DNA of 36,690 bases. It comes from a virus. The notes below the pieces were generated by a model. It saw only the letters and a program-made list of their open reading frames with translations, was not told where the DNA came from and ran no database searches. The DNA is taken from IMG/VR virus record IMGVR_UViG_3300045988_098479; one strand, written 5' to 3'. Positions 1 through 7,236 of this stretch are shown piece after piece; the first letter of the stretch is position 1, and the number at the start of each line of letters is the position of its first letter. The position numbers and the translations under genes are program-made.

Positions 1-141
1 CCAGCTCGGCGAACACGCCACGCGGCCCGTCCAGCTTGTAGATGCGCTCCATGCGGCCAGCGCTGCCGACAATGCAGTCGTAGATTTCGAGGTCCTGCGC
101 ATCGGCTCCCAATAGCTTCAGACTGAACAGAAGCCCGTAGG
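1..141. repeat. Terminal redundancy: identical to 36550..36690 (circular-assembly overlap)
   Basis: Base-by-base comparison shows 141/141 identity with the last 141 bases. A minus-strand CDS reads continuously across the 36549/1 junction. Confidence 0.95.
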
Positions 142-289
142 CGATGCCGCGCAGGCACGCGGGCTTAAGGCCCCTTTTCCCTATCTCAGCGCCCTCCTCG
201 TCCGCGACGAGGATTAAGTTCGTGGCAAACTCGTCAAGCACCTCGAACGCATCGCCATCGACTTGGACTTTTATGTGCATGTACTCCAT
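1..289 (-). CDS. Hypothetical protein, 5-prime part (continues across the circular junction to stop at 36491; 115 aa in total)
   Basis: ATG at 289 has GGAGAT just upstream and the frame is still open at base 1. Joined to 36549 it ends at TAA 36491-36493, overlapping the recT start by 8 nt. No recognisable motif. Confidence 0.7.
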   Translation of the reverse strand, partial: MEYMHIKVQVDGDAFEVLDEFATNLILVADEEGAEIGKRGLKPACLRGIAYGLLFSLKLLGADAQDLEIYDCIVGSAGRMERIYKLDGPRGVFAEL

Positions 290-305
290 TGCTTAATCTC
301 CGTTT

Positions 306-764
306 CTACTTTTTCTCTTCGGCTGGGTCTGCCCAGCCGCGATATACCTGTATGTCCATGTGCGGTTCGATGCCGCGCCGACGGGGCCACTTGACCACGT
401 GGACCTCGGCCACCTGGCTGTCGTCGCCCCAGACCGCCCCGTTCATCCCGTCCATCACAAGCTTGGCGATGTTGTCCGAATCCGGCTTGAACGTGTTCGG
501 CTCCGACGTGACGCGCTTCGGCCTCGATTTGGGCAGCGGCTCGTACACGTCAATGCGCACCGCGACGGGCACCCTGAACGGGAACAGCAGCCCCTCGAGC
601 TCCGGGTACGCCTCCCGCATGGCACCGAGCGCCGCGTCGCGGATGGCGGCCTCGTTGCGGATGGTCTCGTCGGGCGTGTACATCCGTGCGTGCCTGCGGT
701 CGAGCCTGTGGCGTTGCTTACCCGCCACGAACGGGACGGTGAACGCGAACCGCCCGCCGCTCAC
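306..764 (-). CDS. rusA: RusA-family Holliday junction resolvase
   Basis: The segment KPDSDNIAKLVMDGMNGAVWGDDSQV matches the RusA acidic catalytic signature. GTG 764 overlaps the TGA of the upstream micro-ORF (GTGA), so it is preferred over the ORF-track ATG 824. Confidence 0.8.
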   Translation of the reverse strand: MSGGRFAFTVPFVAGKQRHRLDRRHARMYTPDETIRNEAAIRDAALGAMREAYPELEGLLFPFRVPVAVRIDVYEPLPKSRPKRVTSEPNTFKPDSDNIAKLVMDGMNGAVWGDDSQVAEVHVVKWPRRRGIEPHMDIQVYRGWADPAEEKK

Positions 765-919
765 AGTACCGACCCCATCCCGAGCACAACGCTGATGCCG
801 TCGGCGAGGACGAGCACGGCCCACAGCACCGCCGGGATGGCCACATACTCGACGAGCCAGCAGGCGGCGACGAGACCCGCCGCGGCGCCCGCCGCCCTAA
901 GCGGCCCCGAAAAGCGCAC
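761..919 (-). CDS. Small hydrophobic protein (52 aa), tentative
   Basis: GTG 919 is preceded by GGGAGG with a 6-nt spacer. The C-terminal half is hydrophobic (LVAACWLVEYVAIPAVLWAVLVLADGISVVLG). The stop overlaps the rusA GTG. Confidence 0.4.
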   Translation of the reverse strand: MRFSGPLRAAGAAAGLVAACWLVEYVAIPAVLWAVLVLADGISVVLGMGSVL

Positions 920-1151
920 GGGACACCTCCCTGACCTCGACGGCGTCGGCGCGCAGCAGCTCGTCGATGTCGGCCTTGTTGACCAGCTTCGCGCGGTTAG
1001 GGCTGCGCGGGTCGCTGCCTGGCGACCAGTAGGCGCGGAGCCTGCCGGTCGCGATGAGCTGCGCGATGCGCTCCTTGCCGAGGCGGGCGTACGACGCGGC
1101 CTCGGACTGCGTGAGCCACGGGCTGCCGTAGCGTTCGGACTTCCCGTCCAT
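897..1151 (-). CDS. MerR/excisionase-type helix-turn-helix protein (possible Xis/RDF or early regulator)
   Basis: ATG 1151 is preceded by GGAGGAG. The 84-aa product contains WLTQSEAASYARLGKERIAQLIATGRLRAYW, which resembles an excisionase-family HTH. The ORF-track start at 1214 has no SD. Confidence 0.65.
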   Translation of the reverse strand: MDGKSERYGSPWLTQSEAASYARLGKERIAQLIATGRLRAYWSPGSDPRSPNRAKLVNKADIDELLRADAVEVREVSRALFGAA

Positions 1152-1367
1152 GCGATCTCCTCCATTTCGTTGATTCCTCCGTTTCGTGTTGGCCCCGCCG
1201 CCGGGCCGCGCCACCGAGTCGCCGGGCGCGGCCCCTCACAGGAGGCGGGGCGGGTGTAGGGACCCCGCCCCCGGCACGGCACCGGCTGGAACGTCCGCAG
1301 TGTTAGCTATCGGAGACCTGCGGAACCGGTGCCGCCCCGGGGACGGCCCGCGCGCGGCGGGCGGCCC

Positions 1368-2339
1368 CTACTTGGTGCCGACCAGCGGCTGGGAGCCCTC
1401 GGGCACGACGACGAGGTTGCCGTCCTTGCCGATGCCCTTGAGCGCGTCGATGTAGTTCTGCTGGATGACCTGGTCGTTGAGCGAGTTCGCGAGGACCGCG
1501 TTCGCGTCCGCCTCGCCCTGGGCCTCGATCTTCTTGGTCTCGGCCTGGACCTTGGCCGTCTCCTGCTCGTTCTGGGCCTTCTGCTTGGCGACCTCGGCCG
1601 CCTGCGCCTCGCTGTAGCTCTTGGTGATGTTCTTCGGGTAGCGGACGTCCTGCACGCTCACCTGCTCGACCGTGAGGCCTATGCCCTTCCACTTCTCGGT
1701 GAGGGCCTTCTGGACGGCCTTGGTGAACTGGGAGCGGTCGGTGAGCATCGTCACCGTGTCGAAGCCGCCCGAGACCTCGCGGGTGACGGCGCGGACGTCG
1801 TTGGAGATGTACTTCTCCACGAAGCTCTCCTGCGTGCCGTACTCGCTGTAGAGGCTGAGCGCGGCGTCGGGGTTCAGGGAGTAGTTGACCTGTATGTCGA
1901 TGTTGGCGCTGGCGCCCGACTTGTCGTTGATGGAGACCTGCTTGCCCTCGTAGGAGCCGCCGTCCACCTCGTAGTCGGTGTCCCCGTAGAAGTTGATGAG
2001 GTTGTTGCGGACGTCGTAGGTCACGACGTCCTGCCAGGGGGCCTTGGCGTGGAAACCGGCCTCGGAGGTCGAGCCGGCGAGCGAGCCGCCGAGGTTGCGG
2101 ATGACGCAGACCTCGCCGGTGTCCTGCGTGTAGAGGCAGGCGGTGGCGGCGATGACGGCACCCACAAGGATGAGGGGCAGGGCGCACGCGGGCGAGACGG
2201 TGCGGGCCTCGTGCTTGTTGCCCCAAATGTCCGCGGGCTCGGCAGCCTTCTCGCGCTCGACCTCGTTATACCGCTTGATGGCGACGGCGGCGGCCACGCC
2301 GCCGAGTCCCAGACCCGCTCCGATAATCAGTTGAATCAT
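1368..2339 (-). CDS. SPFH/band-7 (HflC/HflK/prohibitin-like) membrane protein
   Basis: ATG 2339 has AGGAGA upstream. Two N-terminal hydrophobic segments are followed by a band-7-like body and an A/E/K/Q-rich coiled-coil tail (EAQAAEVAKQKAQNEQETAKVQAETKKIEAQGEADA). The upstream part of ORF 1368..2756 is out of context. Confidence 0.75.
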   Translation of the reverse strand: MIQLIIGAGLGLGGVAAAVAIKRYNEVEREKAAEPADIWGNKHEARTVSPACALPLILVGAVIAATACLYTQDTGEVCVIRNLGGSLAGSTSEAGFHAKAPWQDVVTYDVRNNLINFYGDTDYEVDGGSYEGKQVSINDKSGASANIDIQVNYSLNPDAALSLYSEYGTQESFVEKYISNDVRAVTREVSGGFDTVTMLTDRSQFTKAVQKALTEKWKGIGLTVEQVSVQDVRYPKNITKSYSEAQAAEVAKQKAQNEQETAKVQAETKKIEAQGEADANAVLANSLNDQVIQQNYIDALKGIGKDGNLVVVPEGSQPLVGTK

Positions 2340-2368
2340 GTCTTTCTCCTTTTTGTTTGTGAAGTTAA

Positions 2369-2713
2369 TTAGCCGCGGGATCCATCCCGGGACTCTTTGC
2401 GCAGATAGCGCGTCCACTCGCCCGCGGCGACGCCCACCATCACCGGCTCGATGCAGGGGTCGATGGCGTCGGCGGTGTTCATGCAGACCGTGCGCTGGAC
2501 GTAGGCCATGACCGCCTCGCCGCGCAGCAGACCGTCCAGGCGCCCGCGGGCGTCGAGGAATGACTCGAAGGCCTCGCGGTGCCAGCCGCCGCCGGCGTCG
2601 CACCAGCAGACGATGGCCTCGATGCTCGCGAAGCCACTCGGGCACTCGATCTCGAAGGACTTCCCGCGCGCCTCGTACCTGATGTTCTCGCGGCGCATCT
2701 TCACGTCTCCCAT
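2369..2713 (-). CDS. Hypothetical protein (114 aa)
   Basis: ATG 2713 has GGGGAGGG upstream. Codon usage is coherent and the gene lies in the early operon between the cro-like and SPFH genes. No motif recognised. Confidence 0.65.
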   Translation of the reverse strand: MGDVKMRRENIRYEARGKSFEIECPSGFASIEAIVCWCDAGGGWHREAFESFLDARGRLDGLLRGEAVMAYVQRTVCMNTADAIDPCIEPVMVGVAAGEWTRYLRKESRDGSRG

Positions 2714-2724
2714 GTCGCCCTCCC

Positions 2725-2835
2725 CTACAGCTTGAAGTCGGAAAAGTCGCGGGCATCGACGGGCTCGGCCTCGACCGTGATGGCCTCGGGGATGTTCCAG
2801 CCGCCCAGCTCGATGTCGATGTAGTTCTCGTTCAT
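2725..2835 (-). CDS. Small acidic protein (36 aa), tentative
   Basis: ATG 2835 has GGAGAGAA upstream. The product is MNENYIDIELGGWNIPEAITVEAEPVDARDFSDFKL with stop TAG 2725-2727. It is not in the ORF track because it is under 60 aa. Confidence 0.4.
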   Translation of the reverse strand: MNENYIDIELGGWNIPEAITVEAEPVDARDFSDFKL

Positions 2836-2857
2836 GGTTCTCTCCGTTTCGCTTTGC

Positions 2858-2876
2858 ACCCTAATTTATTTAGGGT
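2858..2876. promoter_or_regulatory. Inverted repeat ACCCTAA-tttat-TTAGGGT spanning the cro-like stop codon
   Basis: Perfect 7-bp arms at 2858-2864 and 2870-2876. The right arm contains GGGTC, the half-site motif seen in the switch region. No U-run follows, so it is either an operator-like site or a weak attenuator. Confidence 0.4.
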
Positions 2877-3069
2877 CGATACCCAAAAAAATATTGCCGT
2901 CAATGCCGAAGTGCTTGCCTAGCTTGTCCGCCATTGTTGCCGTTAGCTTGTCTGCCTGCGCGTCCTCAATGGCTGTGAGCGTCGGCTCGGTAATTCCCAG
3001 AGCTGCGGCGATTTCCTTTTTCTGGAATCGCTTGGCCCCAGCTTCTCGAAACTCCTTAAGGTTCTGCAT
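2866..3069 (-). CDS. Cro-like XRE-family HTH regulator
   Basis: The 67-aa product contains FQKKEIAAALGITEPTLTAIE, an HTH_3-type motif. AGGAGG lies upstream of ATG 3069. The gene is divergent from the CI-like repressor. Confidence 0.8.
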   Translation of the reverse strand: MQNLKEFREAGAKRFQKKEIAAALGITEPTLTAIEDAQADKLTATMADKLGKHFGIDGNIFLGIDPK

Positions 3070-3186
3070 CCGTTCCTCCTTTCGTTGACCTAATCATAAT
3101 CTAATTTGGGTCAAACCACAATTACTTTTTGCTTTAAACCAAAATTATTTTTGCTTAGGATGAAAGTGACCCAGTTAGGAGGCACT
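3070..3186. promoter_or_regulatory. Divergent cI/cro-type switch region with repeated TGACC(C)/GGGTCA half-sites
   Basis: This is a 117-bp AT-rich spacer in a GC-rich genome. Half-sites are TTGACC 3085-3090, GGGTCA 3108-3113 and TGACCC 3167-3172. A minus-strand promoter candidate has -35 TTGTGG (3116-3121), a 17-bp spacer and -10 TATGAT (3093-3098). Confidence 0.55.
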
Positions 3187-3807
3187 ATGGAATTTGGTGA
3201 TAAGCTCCGGTCGCTACGCACAAAAGCAGGATTGACCCAGCTAGACATTGCCGAAAAGCTCGACGTGTCGGCAGCGGCCATCGGAGCATGGGAAAACGGC
3301 CGGGCGAAACCTCGCCTAACCAAGTTAGGGCAACTTGCCGAACTGCTCGGGACGAGCGCAGCCGACCTCATGGGAGAGGACGCCACCGAGACCGCGATCA
3401 GCGGCACCTCGCGCATGGTCCCCCTGCTGGGCTTCGCCCACATGGGCGAGCCGTGCGACGAGGGGAACCTCGCCGACGAGGTCGAGGTCCCCGCCTCCAT
3501 TGCCGACGCGCACCCGCGCGGCTTCATGGTCCACGCGCAGGGCGGCTGCATGGACAACCGTTTCCCCCACGACGCCCTGCTGCTGGTCGACCCCGACATG
3601 GAGCCGGTCAACGGCCAGCCCGTGCTCGCCGAGACGGCCGACTACGGCGCCGTGGTGCGCAACTACACCCGGGGCCGCTCCACGGTCATGCTCACGGCGG
3701 ACAGCCACAGCGGCGAGTACGACGACATCCTCGCCGGGCCGGGCGACGAGCCCGTGGTCTGCAAGGGCCGCGTGGTCTGGTACATGGGCGAGCGGGACGA
3801 GAGGTAG
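3187..3807 (+). CDS. CI-like repressor: XRE HTH plus S24 (LexA/CI) peptidase-like C-terminal domain
   Basis: ATG 3187 has AGGAGG upstream. The N-terminus has an HTH (LTQLDIAEKLDVSAAAIGAWENG). The C-terminus aligns to the lambda CI/LexA S24 fold, but with GGCMD in place of G(D/N)SM and VVRNY in place of the Lys motif. Confidence 0.8.
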   Translation: MEFGDKLRSLRTKAGLTQLDIAEKLDVSAAAIGAWENGRAKPRLTKLGQLAELLGTSAADLMGEDATETAISGTSRMVPLLGFAHMGEPCDEGNLADEVEVPASIADAHPRGFMVHAQGGCMDNRFPHDALLLVDPDMEPVNGQPVLAETADYGAVVRNYTRGRSTVMLTADSHSGEYDDILAGPGDEPVVCKGRVVWYMGERDER

Positions 3808-3811
3808 CGCC

Positions 3812-4402
3812 ATGGGTTTCTTCAGGGAGGCCCGCGACGCCTTCGTGACCGCCTGGCACGAGGAGTTCGACGGCAAGGACATCAAGAAGGAGCTCTGCGA
3901 CGCGATTATCGACGGCGCGAGCGGCGGCTCGGGGATATACGAGAACGGCCGCGAGGTCAGCAACGCCGAGATGGAGAGGCGGCGCCGGGCGCACGACGAG
4001 CAGAAGGCCGCATATATGCGCGAGCAGGTGGAGACGCGCAGGGCGCTCGCGGACGCCGGCGCCAACGTCGAGGCCATCGACGCGGCCCGCGTGCTGGCGG
4101 ACGCCCGCGACATAGCCGACGGCCTGTGCCGTGCCCGCATCGGGGAGGCCGCGGAGCCGCGCGAGCCGATCATCGACTGGAGGCCGCTCACGAAGGCCGG
4201 GAAGGCGCCGAAGTGCGTGGCCCGCGCCTCGGCGGTATGGGACCGCCCGAACGGCGACAGCGTGATAGTCCACATGGGTTACACGGCGGACGCGCGGCCC
4301 TACACGGCGGACGTCCACATATGGACGGCCGGCGAGCGCTACTCGTACAAGATCAGGACCGTCGGCGGCGAGCTCGCCGTCGCGGGCGAGGGGCCGGCAT
4401 AG
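3812..4402 (+). CDS. Hypothetical protein of the lysogeny operon (196 aa)
   Basis: ATG 3812 has GAGAGG upstream and lies 5 nt after the repressor stop, on the same strand as cI and int. No motif recognised. Confidence 0.65.
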   Translation: MGFFREARDAFVTAWHEEFDGKDIKKELCDAIIDGASGGSGIYENGREVSNAEMERRRRAHDEQKAAYMREQVETRRALADAGANVEAIDAARVLADARDIADGLCRARIGEAAEPREPIIDWRPLTKAGKAPKCVARASAVWDRPNGDSVIVHMGYTADARPYTADVHIWTAGERYSYKIRTVGGELAVAGEGPA

Positions 4403-4419
4403 CCCCTCGGCACAGAAAA

Positions 4420-4458
4420 GCCGCCCCGCGCATAGCTGGAACCATGGCGCGGGGCGGC
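4420..4458. promoter_or_regulatory. 12-bp-stem hairpin between the lysogeny gene and int
   Basis: GCCGCCCCGCGC (4420-4431) and GCGCGGGGCGGC (4447-4458) form a perfect inverted repeat with a 15-nt loop. An A-run lies on the 5-prime side, which is a T-run on the minus strand. No T-run follows on the plus strand. Confidence 0.45.
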
Positions 4459-4487
4459 GGCAGGAGAGCCGGGACGAAACGGAGATA

Positions 4488-5678
4488 ATGCCCGGGCAAC
4501 CCATAGGAGACATTATGGCACAGTCCGAACGCAAGCGAAGGCGGGCCGGCTCGTACCGCGAGGTCAGGCCGGGCGTCTGGGAGGTGAGGGCGAGCAAGGG
4601 GCGTCGCGCCGACGGCGGGCGCCGCACGGTTTCCCGCACGGTCGAGGGCAGCGAGCTCGACGCCGAGATAGAGGCCGCGCGCCTCGTGGCGGAGCTGGGC
4701 GGCGCGGCGAACCTCGGCGAGTCACTCACGCTCGAGCAGTTCTACTGGGGGATATTCAGGAAGTCGGACAGCAACCGGGGGAAGCCCCGCAGCGCGGCGA
4801 CGCTCAGGCAGTACGACTCCCAGATGGTGCGCAACGTCCTCCCCGCCATCGGGCACATACCGCTGTCCAAGCTCACGCACGGCGACATCAAGGCCGCGGT
4901 GCTGGCGTCGACGGCGCCGGCGCTCACCAAGCGGACGCTGCGCGCAGTGCTGCTGTCGGCATACGACGACGAGCTCATGGACGAGCGGCCGTTCCGGCGG
5001 CGCATAACCACGCCGCAGCGCAGGAAGCCGCAGCGCGCCCCGTGGACGGCGCAGGAGGCGGTAGCGGCGCTCGGGGCCATGAGGGGCCGCCCGCTGGAGG
5101 CGTACCTGATACTCGGCCTGTCGGGACTGCGCATGGAGGAGTCGCTCGGCATCTCCCCCGCCGACATCGTGCCCCAGGCGACCTACGACCTCGTGACCGG
5201 CACGGAGGTCCGCACGCTCACGCTCGTGGTCAGGCGGAAGTACACCGACGCCGACGGCCTGGTGGACGAGGCGAAGAACGAGGCGTCCGTGCGCGAGCGC
5301 CCCGCGATCGTGGCCGGGCGCGACCGGCTGCTCGCCATCGTCGCGGCGACGCGCCCCGACCCGGGCGACCCGACGGCCGTCGACGCCTGGCGCCGCTCGC
5401 GCCTCGTGCCCCTGCGCGGCGACACGCTCTACAAGAGGTGGAAGTCGGAGCTCGCGGCGCTGGGTCTGCGCTTCATCCCGCCGGACATGCTCCGGCACAC
5501 GTCCGAGACGCTGATGCAGGCCGCGGGCCTGCCCGACACGGTCACCTCGCGCTTCCACGGCCACGCGGAGCTCAAGACCGACTACGGCAACTACATGCGC
5601 CCCGGCGCGGCGACCATGGAGGACGCGGCGAGGAAAGTGCATAGACTGCTGTCGGGAGAGGACCCCAGTGGGGCGTAG
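4488..5678 (+). CDS. int: Tyrosine integrase (phage integrase family)
   Basis: Motifs LSGLRMEE (Arg), MLRHTSET (Arg) and FHGHAELKTDYGNY (His, Tyr) are present, together with an N-terminal SAM-like/arm-binding region. The gene is adjacent to attP. ATG 4515 (AGGAGA plus 5 nt) may be the true start. Confidence 0.85.
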   Translation: MPGQPIGDIMAQSERKRRRAGSYREVRPGVWEVRASKGRRADGGRRTVSRTVEGSELDAEIEAARLVAELGGAANLGESLTLEQFYWGIFRKSDSNRGKPRSAATLRQYDSQMVRNVLPAIGHIPLSKLTHGDIKAAVLASTAPALTKRTLRAVLLSAYDDELMDERPFRRRITTPQRRKPQRAPWTAQEAVAALGAMRGRPLEAYLILGLSGLRMEESLGISPADIVPQATYDLVTGTEVRTLTLVVRRKYTDADGLVDEAKNEASVRERPAIVAGRDRLLAIVAATRPDPGDPTAVDAWRRSRLVPLRGDTLYKRWKSELAALGLRFIPPDMLRHTSETLMQAAGLPDTVTSRFHGHAELKTDYGNYMRPGAATMEDAARKVHRLLSGEDPSGA

Positions 5679-5701
5679 TGGGGCGGCCCATTTTATGCAA
5701 A

Positions 5702-5731
5702 AGGCCGGGCACACGGCCCGGCCTGCTATTT
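5702..5731. terminator. Hairpin terminator after int (possibly bidirectional)
   Basis: AGGCCGGG (5702-5709) pairs with CCCGGCCT (5717-5724). It is followed by gcTATTTcgtt on the plus strand, and on the minus strand by TTTTGCATAAAAT. Confidence 0.5.
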
Positions 5732-5734
5732 CGT

Positions 5735-5779
5735 TGGTGCTCCATGGCGGATTCGAACCGTCGACCTTGGGATTAGAAG
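5735..5779 (-). other. attP core: 3-prime 45 nt of a tRNA-Arg(UCU)-like gene (not a complete tRNA)
   Basis: The minus strand reads CTTCTAA (anticodon loop, UCU), TCCCA, AGGTC (variable loop), GACGG-TTCGAAT-CCGCC (T arm with one A.C mismatch), ATGGAGC (acceptor), A, CCA. No D arm or 5-prime anticodon stem lies upstream. Confidence 0.7.
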
Positions 5780-5792
5780 TTTCTTCTAATCC
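5770..5792. repeat. Perfect 10-bp inverted repeat GGATTAGAAG-ttt-CTTCTAATCC at the edge of the tRNA homology
   Basis: Read directly from the sequence. One arm is the tRNA anticodon-loop/stem portion and the other is phage-specific. Candidate integrase core-type binding or crossover region. Confidence 0.6.
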
Positions 5793-5916
5793 TGTGCCAT
5801 GGAACCGCTAGCTGGCATTATACATTTTCGGTGTCGAAAAGCCACCCCTAGCCGACCTGCGTCGTCCCGTCCCTTGTGGGATGCAGAACGGAGCCGGCGC
5901 GCCCCCTGCCATCAAG

Positions 5917-5948
5917 TAAAAAGCCCGCCCGGGATAACCCGAGCGGGC
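5917..5948 (-). terminator. Rho-independent terminator ending the lysis/late transcription unit
   Basis: The minus strand reads GCCCGCTCGGG-TTAT-CCCGGGCGGGC followed by TTTTTAC, directly after the last lysis-cassette micro-ORF. Confidence 0.75.
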
Positions 5949-5953
5949 TGCGG

Positions 5954-6043
5954 CTAATGCCGGTTGATGCTCACGAGACACAGGCCGATTGTCGCCACGG
6001 TGCCGCCGAAGAGCGAGCCGAGCACGAACGCCAAAGCGACCAT
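5954..6043 (-). CDS. 29-aa hydrophobic peptide after the endolysin (tentative)
   Basis: ATG 6043 lies 8 nt after the endolysin TAG. The product is [29 protein letters not shown], a single transmembrane helix, and it is followed by the terminator. Confidence 0.35.
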   Translation of the reverse strand: MVALAFVLGSLFGGTVATIGLCLVSINRH

Positions 6044-6051
6044 GCCGTCAC

Positions 6052-7236
6052 CTAGCCCCTCTGGGCGTACGCGGCGCCCGATGCGGTGCCGACGGCGATC
6101 CAGCGCGTGTAGCCGGAATAGCTGGTATAGCGTCCCCATACGTAGCCGCCTGATGTCACGAACGTGCCATCGAGGTTGACGGTCTGGCCGCGATGGTAGC
6201 TGGCGACAACGCTGTAGCCGGTGCCCGCGCCGGAGCGAACGTTGAGCGTGTTCACCACGATGCGGTAGCGGCCGGCGGAACGGCCGGTGGATGCGGGGCG
6301 CGCCTGAGACGCGGCGGCGCCAACGCGAACGAGGTAGTCGTTCGGATCGTAGCCGCCGGTGGGCTTGCCGACAGCGACATAGCGGGTATAGCCGGAATAG
6401 CTGGTATATCGTCCCCAAACATAACCGTTCGAGACGCAATACCAATCGTCGAGCGTCACGGTCTGACCGTAGCCGTAGCCAGCCACAACAGCGCCGGACA
6501 TAGACGGCGCGGTACGCACGTTCAGGCGACTTGCGTTGCAGCGGTAGGTGCCGCCGAAGCCGGAGCCGGTCTTTGCAGTGGTGGTGGAAGATGCCACGGT
6601 GCCACCGTTTCCATCAGTCGGCGCGATAGGCGCGACATAGCCGCTGCCGAGGTAAGCTGCCACCGCCTGCTTGAACTCGTACCAAGTCTTGCCATAGGCG
6701 CGGAAATAACCGTTTGGGTCTGTATGGTCGGAACCGCCCCAGCGTTGGGCTGCTTCGTAGTGGCTTAGCAGGCGGGACGTATCCCAGCCATGGGCGCGAA
6801 GCTCATCGCCAGCCCACTTCACAGCTTCATTCCACTGCTTTGCGAAATCGGAAGCATTGGTGGCGTGGGCAAGCTCGATACCGATAGTGGCGTAGTTGCC
6901 ATTGCCAACATGCCAGCACAAGCGATTCTCGGGCACCGTGTTGTACACGGTGGAGCCGTCCAGCTCCATGACGTGATGCACGGCGTAGGTATCGTTGCGC
7001 GACCAAAGCAACGTGTGGTTGTAGGCAGACGCGCCGGGGTTCGCTGTCTCATGGATAACTAGGTAGCTCGCATTGAGATAGCCATGACCGTTGCTCACGT
7101 ACTTGTTCACGCTCTGGTAGGCTTCGGCGCTGAGCGGGGCGGCAAGCGCCGCCACAAGGGCGAGGACAACGGCGAAAACGCTGCGCATCGGCAGCTTGCG
7201 CTTAGCCTCGGCACTAGTCTCCGTCATGGTCGCCAC
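6052..7236 (-). CDS. Endolysin: signal peptide, N-acetylmuramoyl-L-alanine amidase (Amidase_2/PGRP-like), two SH3b-like repeats
   Basis: The N-terminus [23 protein letters not shown] looks like a Sec signal with an AxA site. The amidase block runs [11 protein letters not shown]...[17 protein letters not shown]...HTDP. The C-terminus has two 60-aa repeats. The start could instead be Met4 or Met17. Confidence 0.85.
   Translation of the reverse strand: MATMTETSAEAKRKLPMRSVFAVVLALVAALAAPLSAEAYQSVNKYVSNGHGYLNASYLVIHETANPGASAYNHTLLWSRNDTYAVHHVMELDGSTVYNTVPENRLCWHVGNGNYATIGIELAHATNASDFAKQWNEAVKWAGDELRAHGWDTSRLLSHYEAAQRWGGSDHTDPNGYFRAYGKTWYEFKQAVAAYLGSGYVAPIAPTDGNGGTVASSTTTAKTGSGFGGTYRCNASRLNVRTAPSMSGAVVAGYGYGQTVTLDDWYCVSNGYVWGRYTSYSGYTRYVAVGKPTGGYDPNDYLVRVGAAASQARPASTGRSAGRYRIVVNTLNVRSGAGTGYSVVASYHRGQTVNLDGTFVTSGGYVWGRYTSYSGYTRWIAVGTASGAAYAQRG
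6088..6546 (-). repeat. Two SH3b-like cell-wall-binding modules (coding tandem repeat)
   Basis: Residues 231-290 and 324-383 of the endolysin share YR...LNVR......G.VVA.Y..GQTV.LD......[15 protein letters not shown](Y/W)(V/I)AVG. Shared DNA stretches lie around 6108-6146 and 6383-6425. Confidence 0.85.

Noticed and set aside
360-5714. Long ORFs such as 360..1259(+), 761..1282(-), 1303..2226(-), 1329..2372(+), 3325..4275(-), 3692..4729(-) and 4722..5714(-)
   Set aside because: They are antisense or off-frame to genes with clear motifs. Their products are Arg/Pro/Gly/Ala-rich with no SD-linked starts. This is typical of stop-codon depletion in GC-rich DNA.
5735-5806. A complete tRNA gene on the minus strand
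   Set aside because: A 5-prime GTTCCAT could pair with the acceptor 3-prime strand. However, the intervening sequence is about 5 nt too short, has no D arm, and forms a perfect 10-bp hairpin instead of an anticodon stem. Only the 3-prime 45 nt are tRNA-like.
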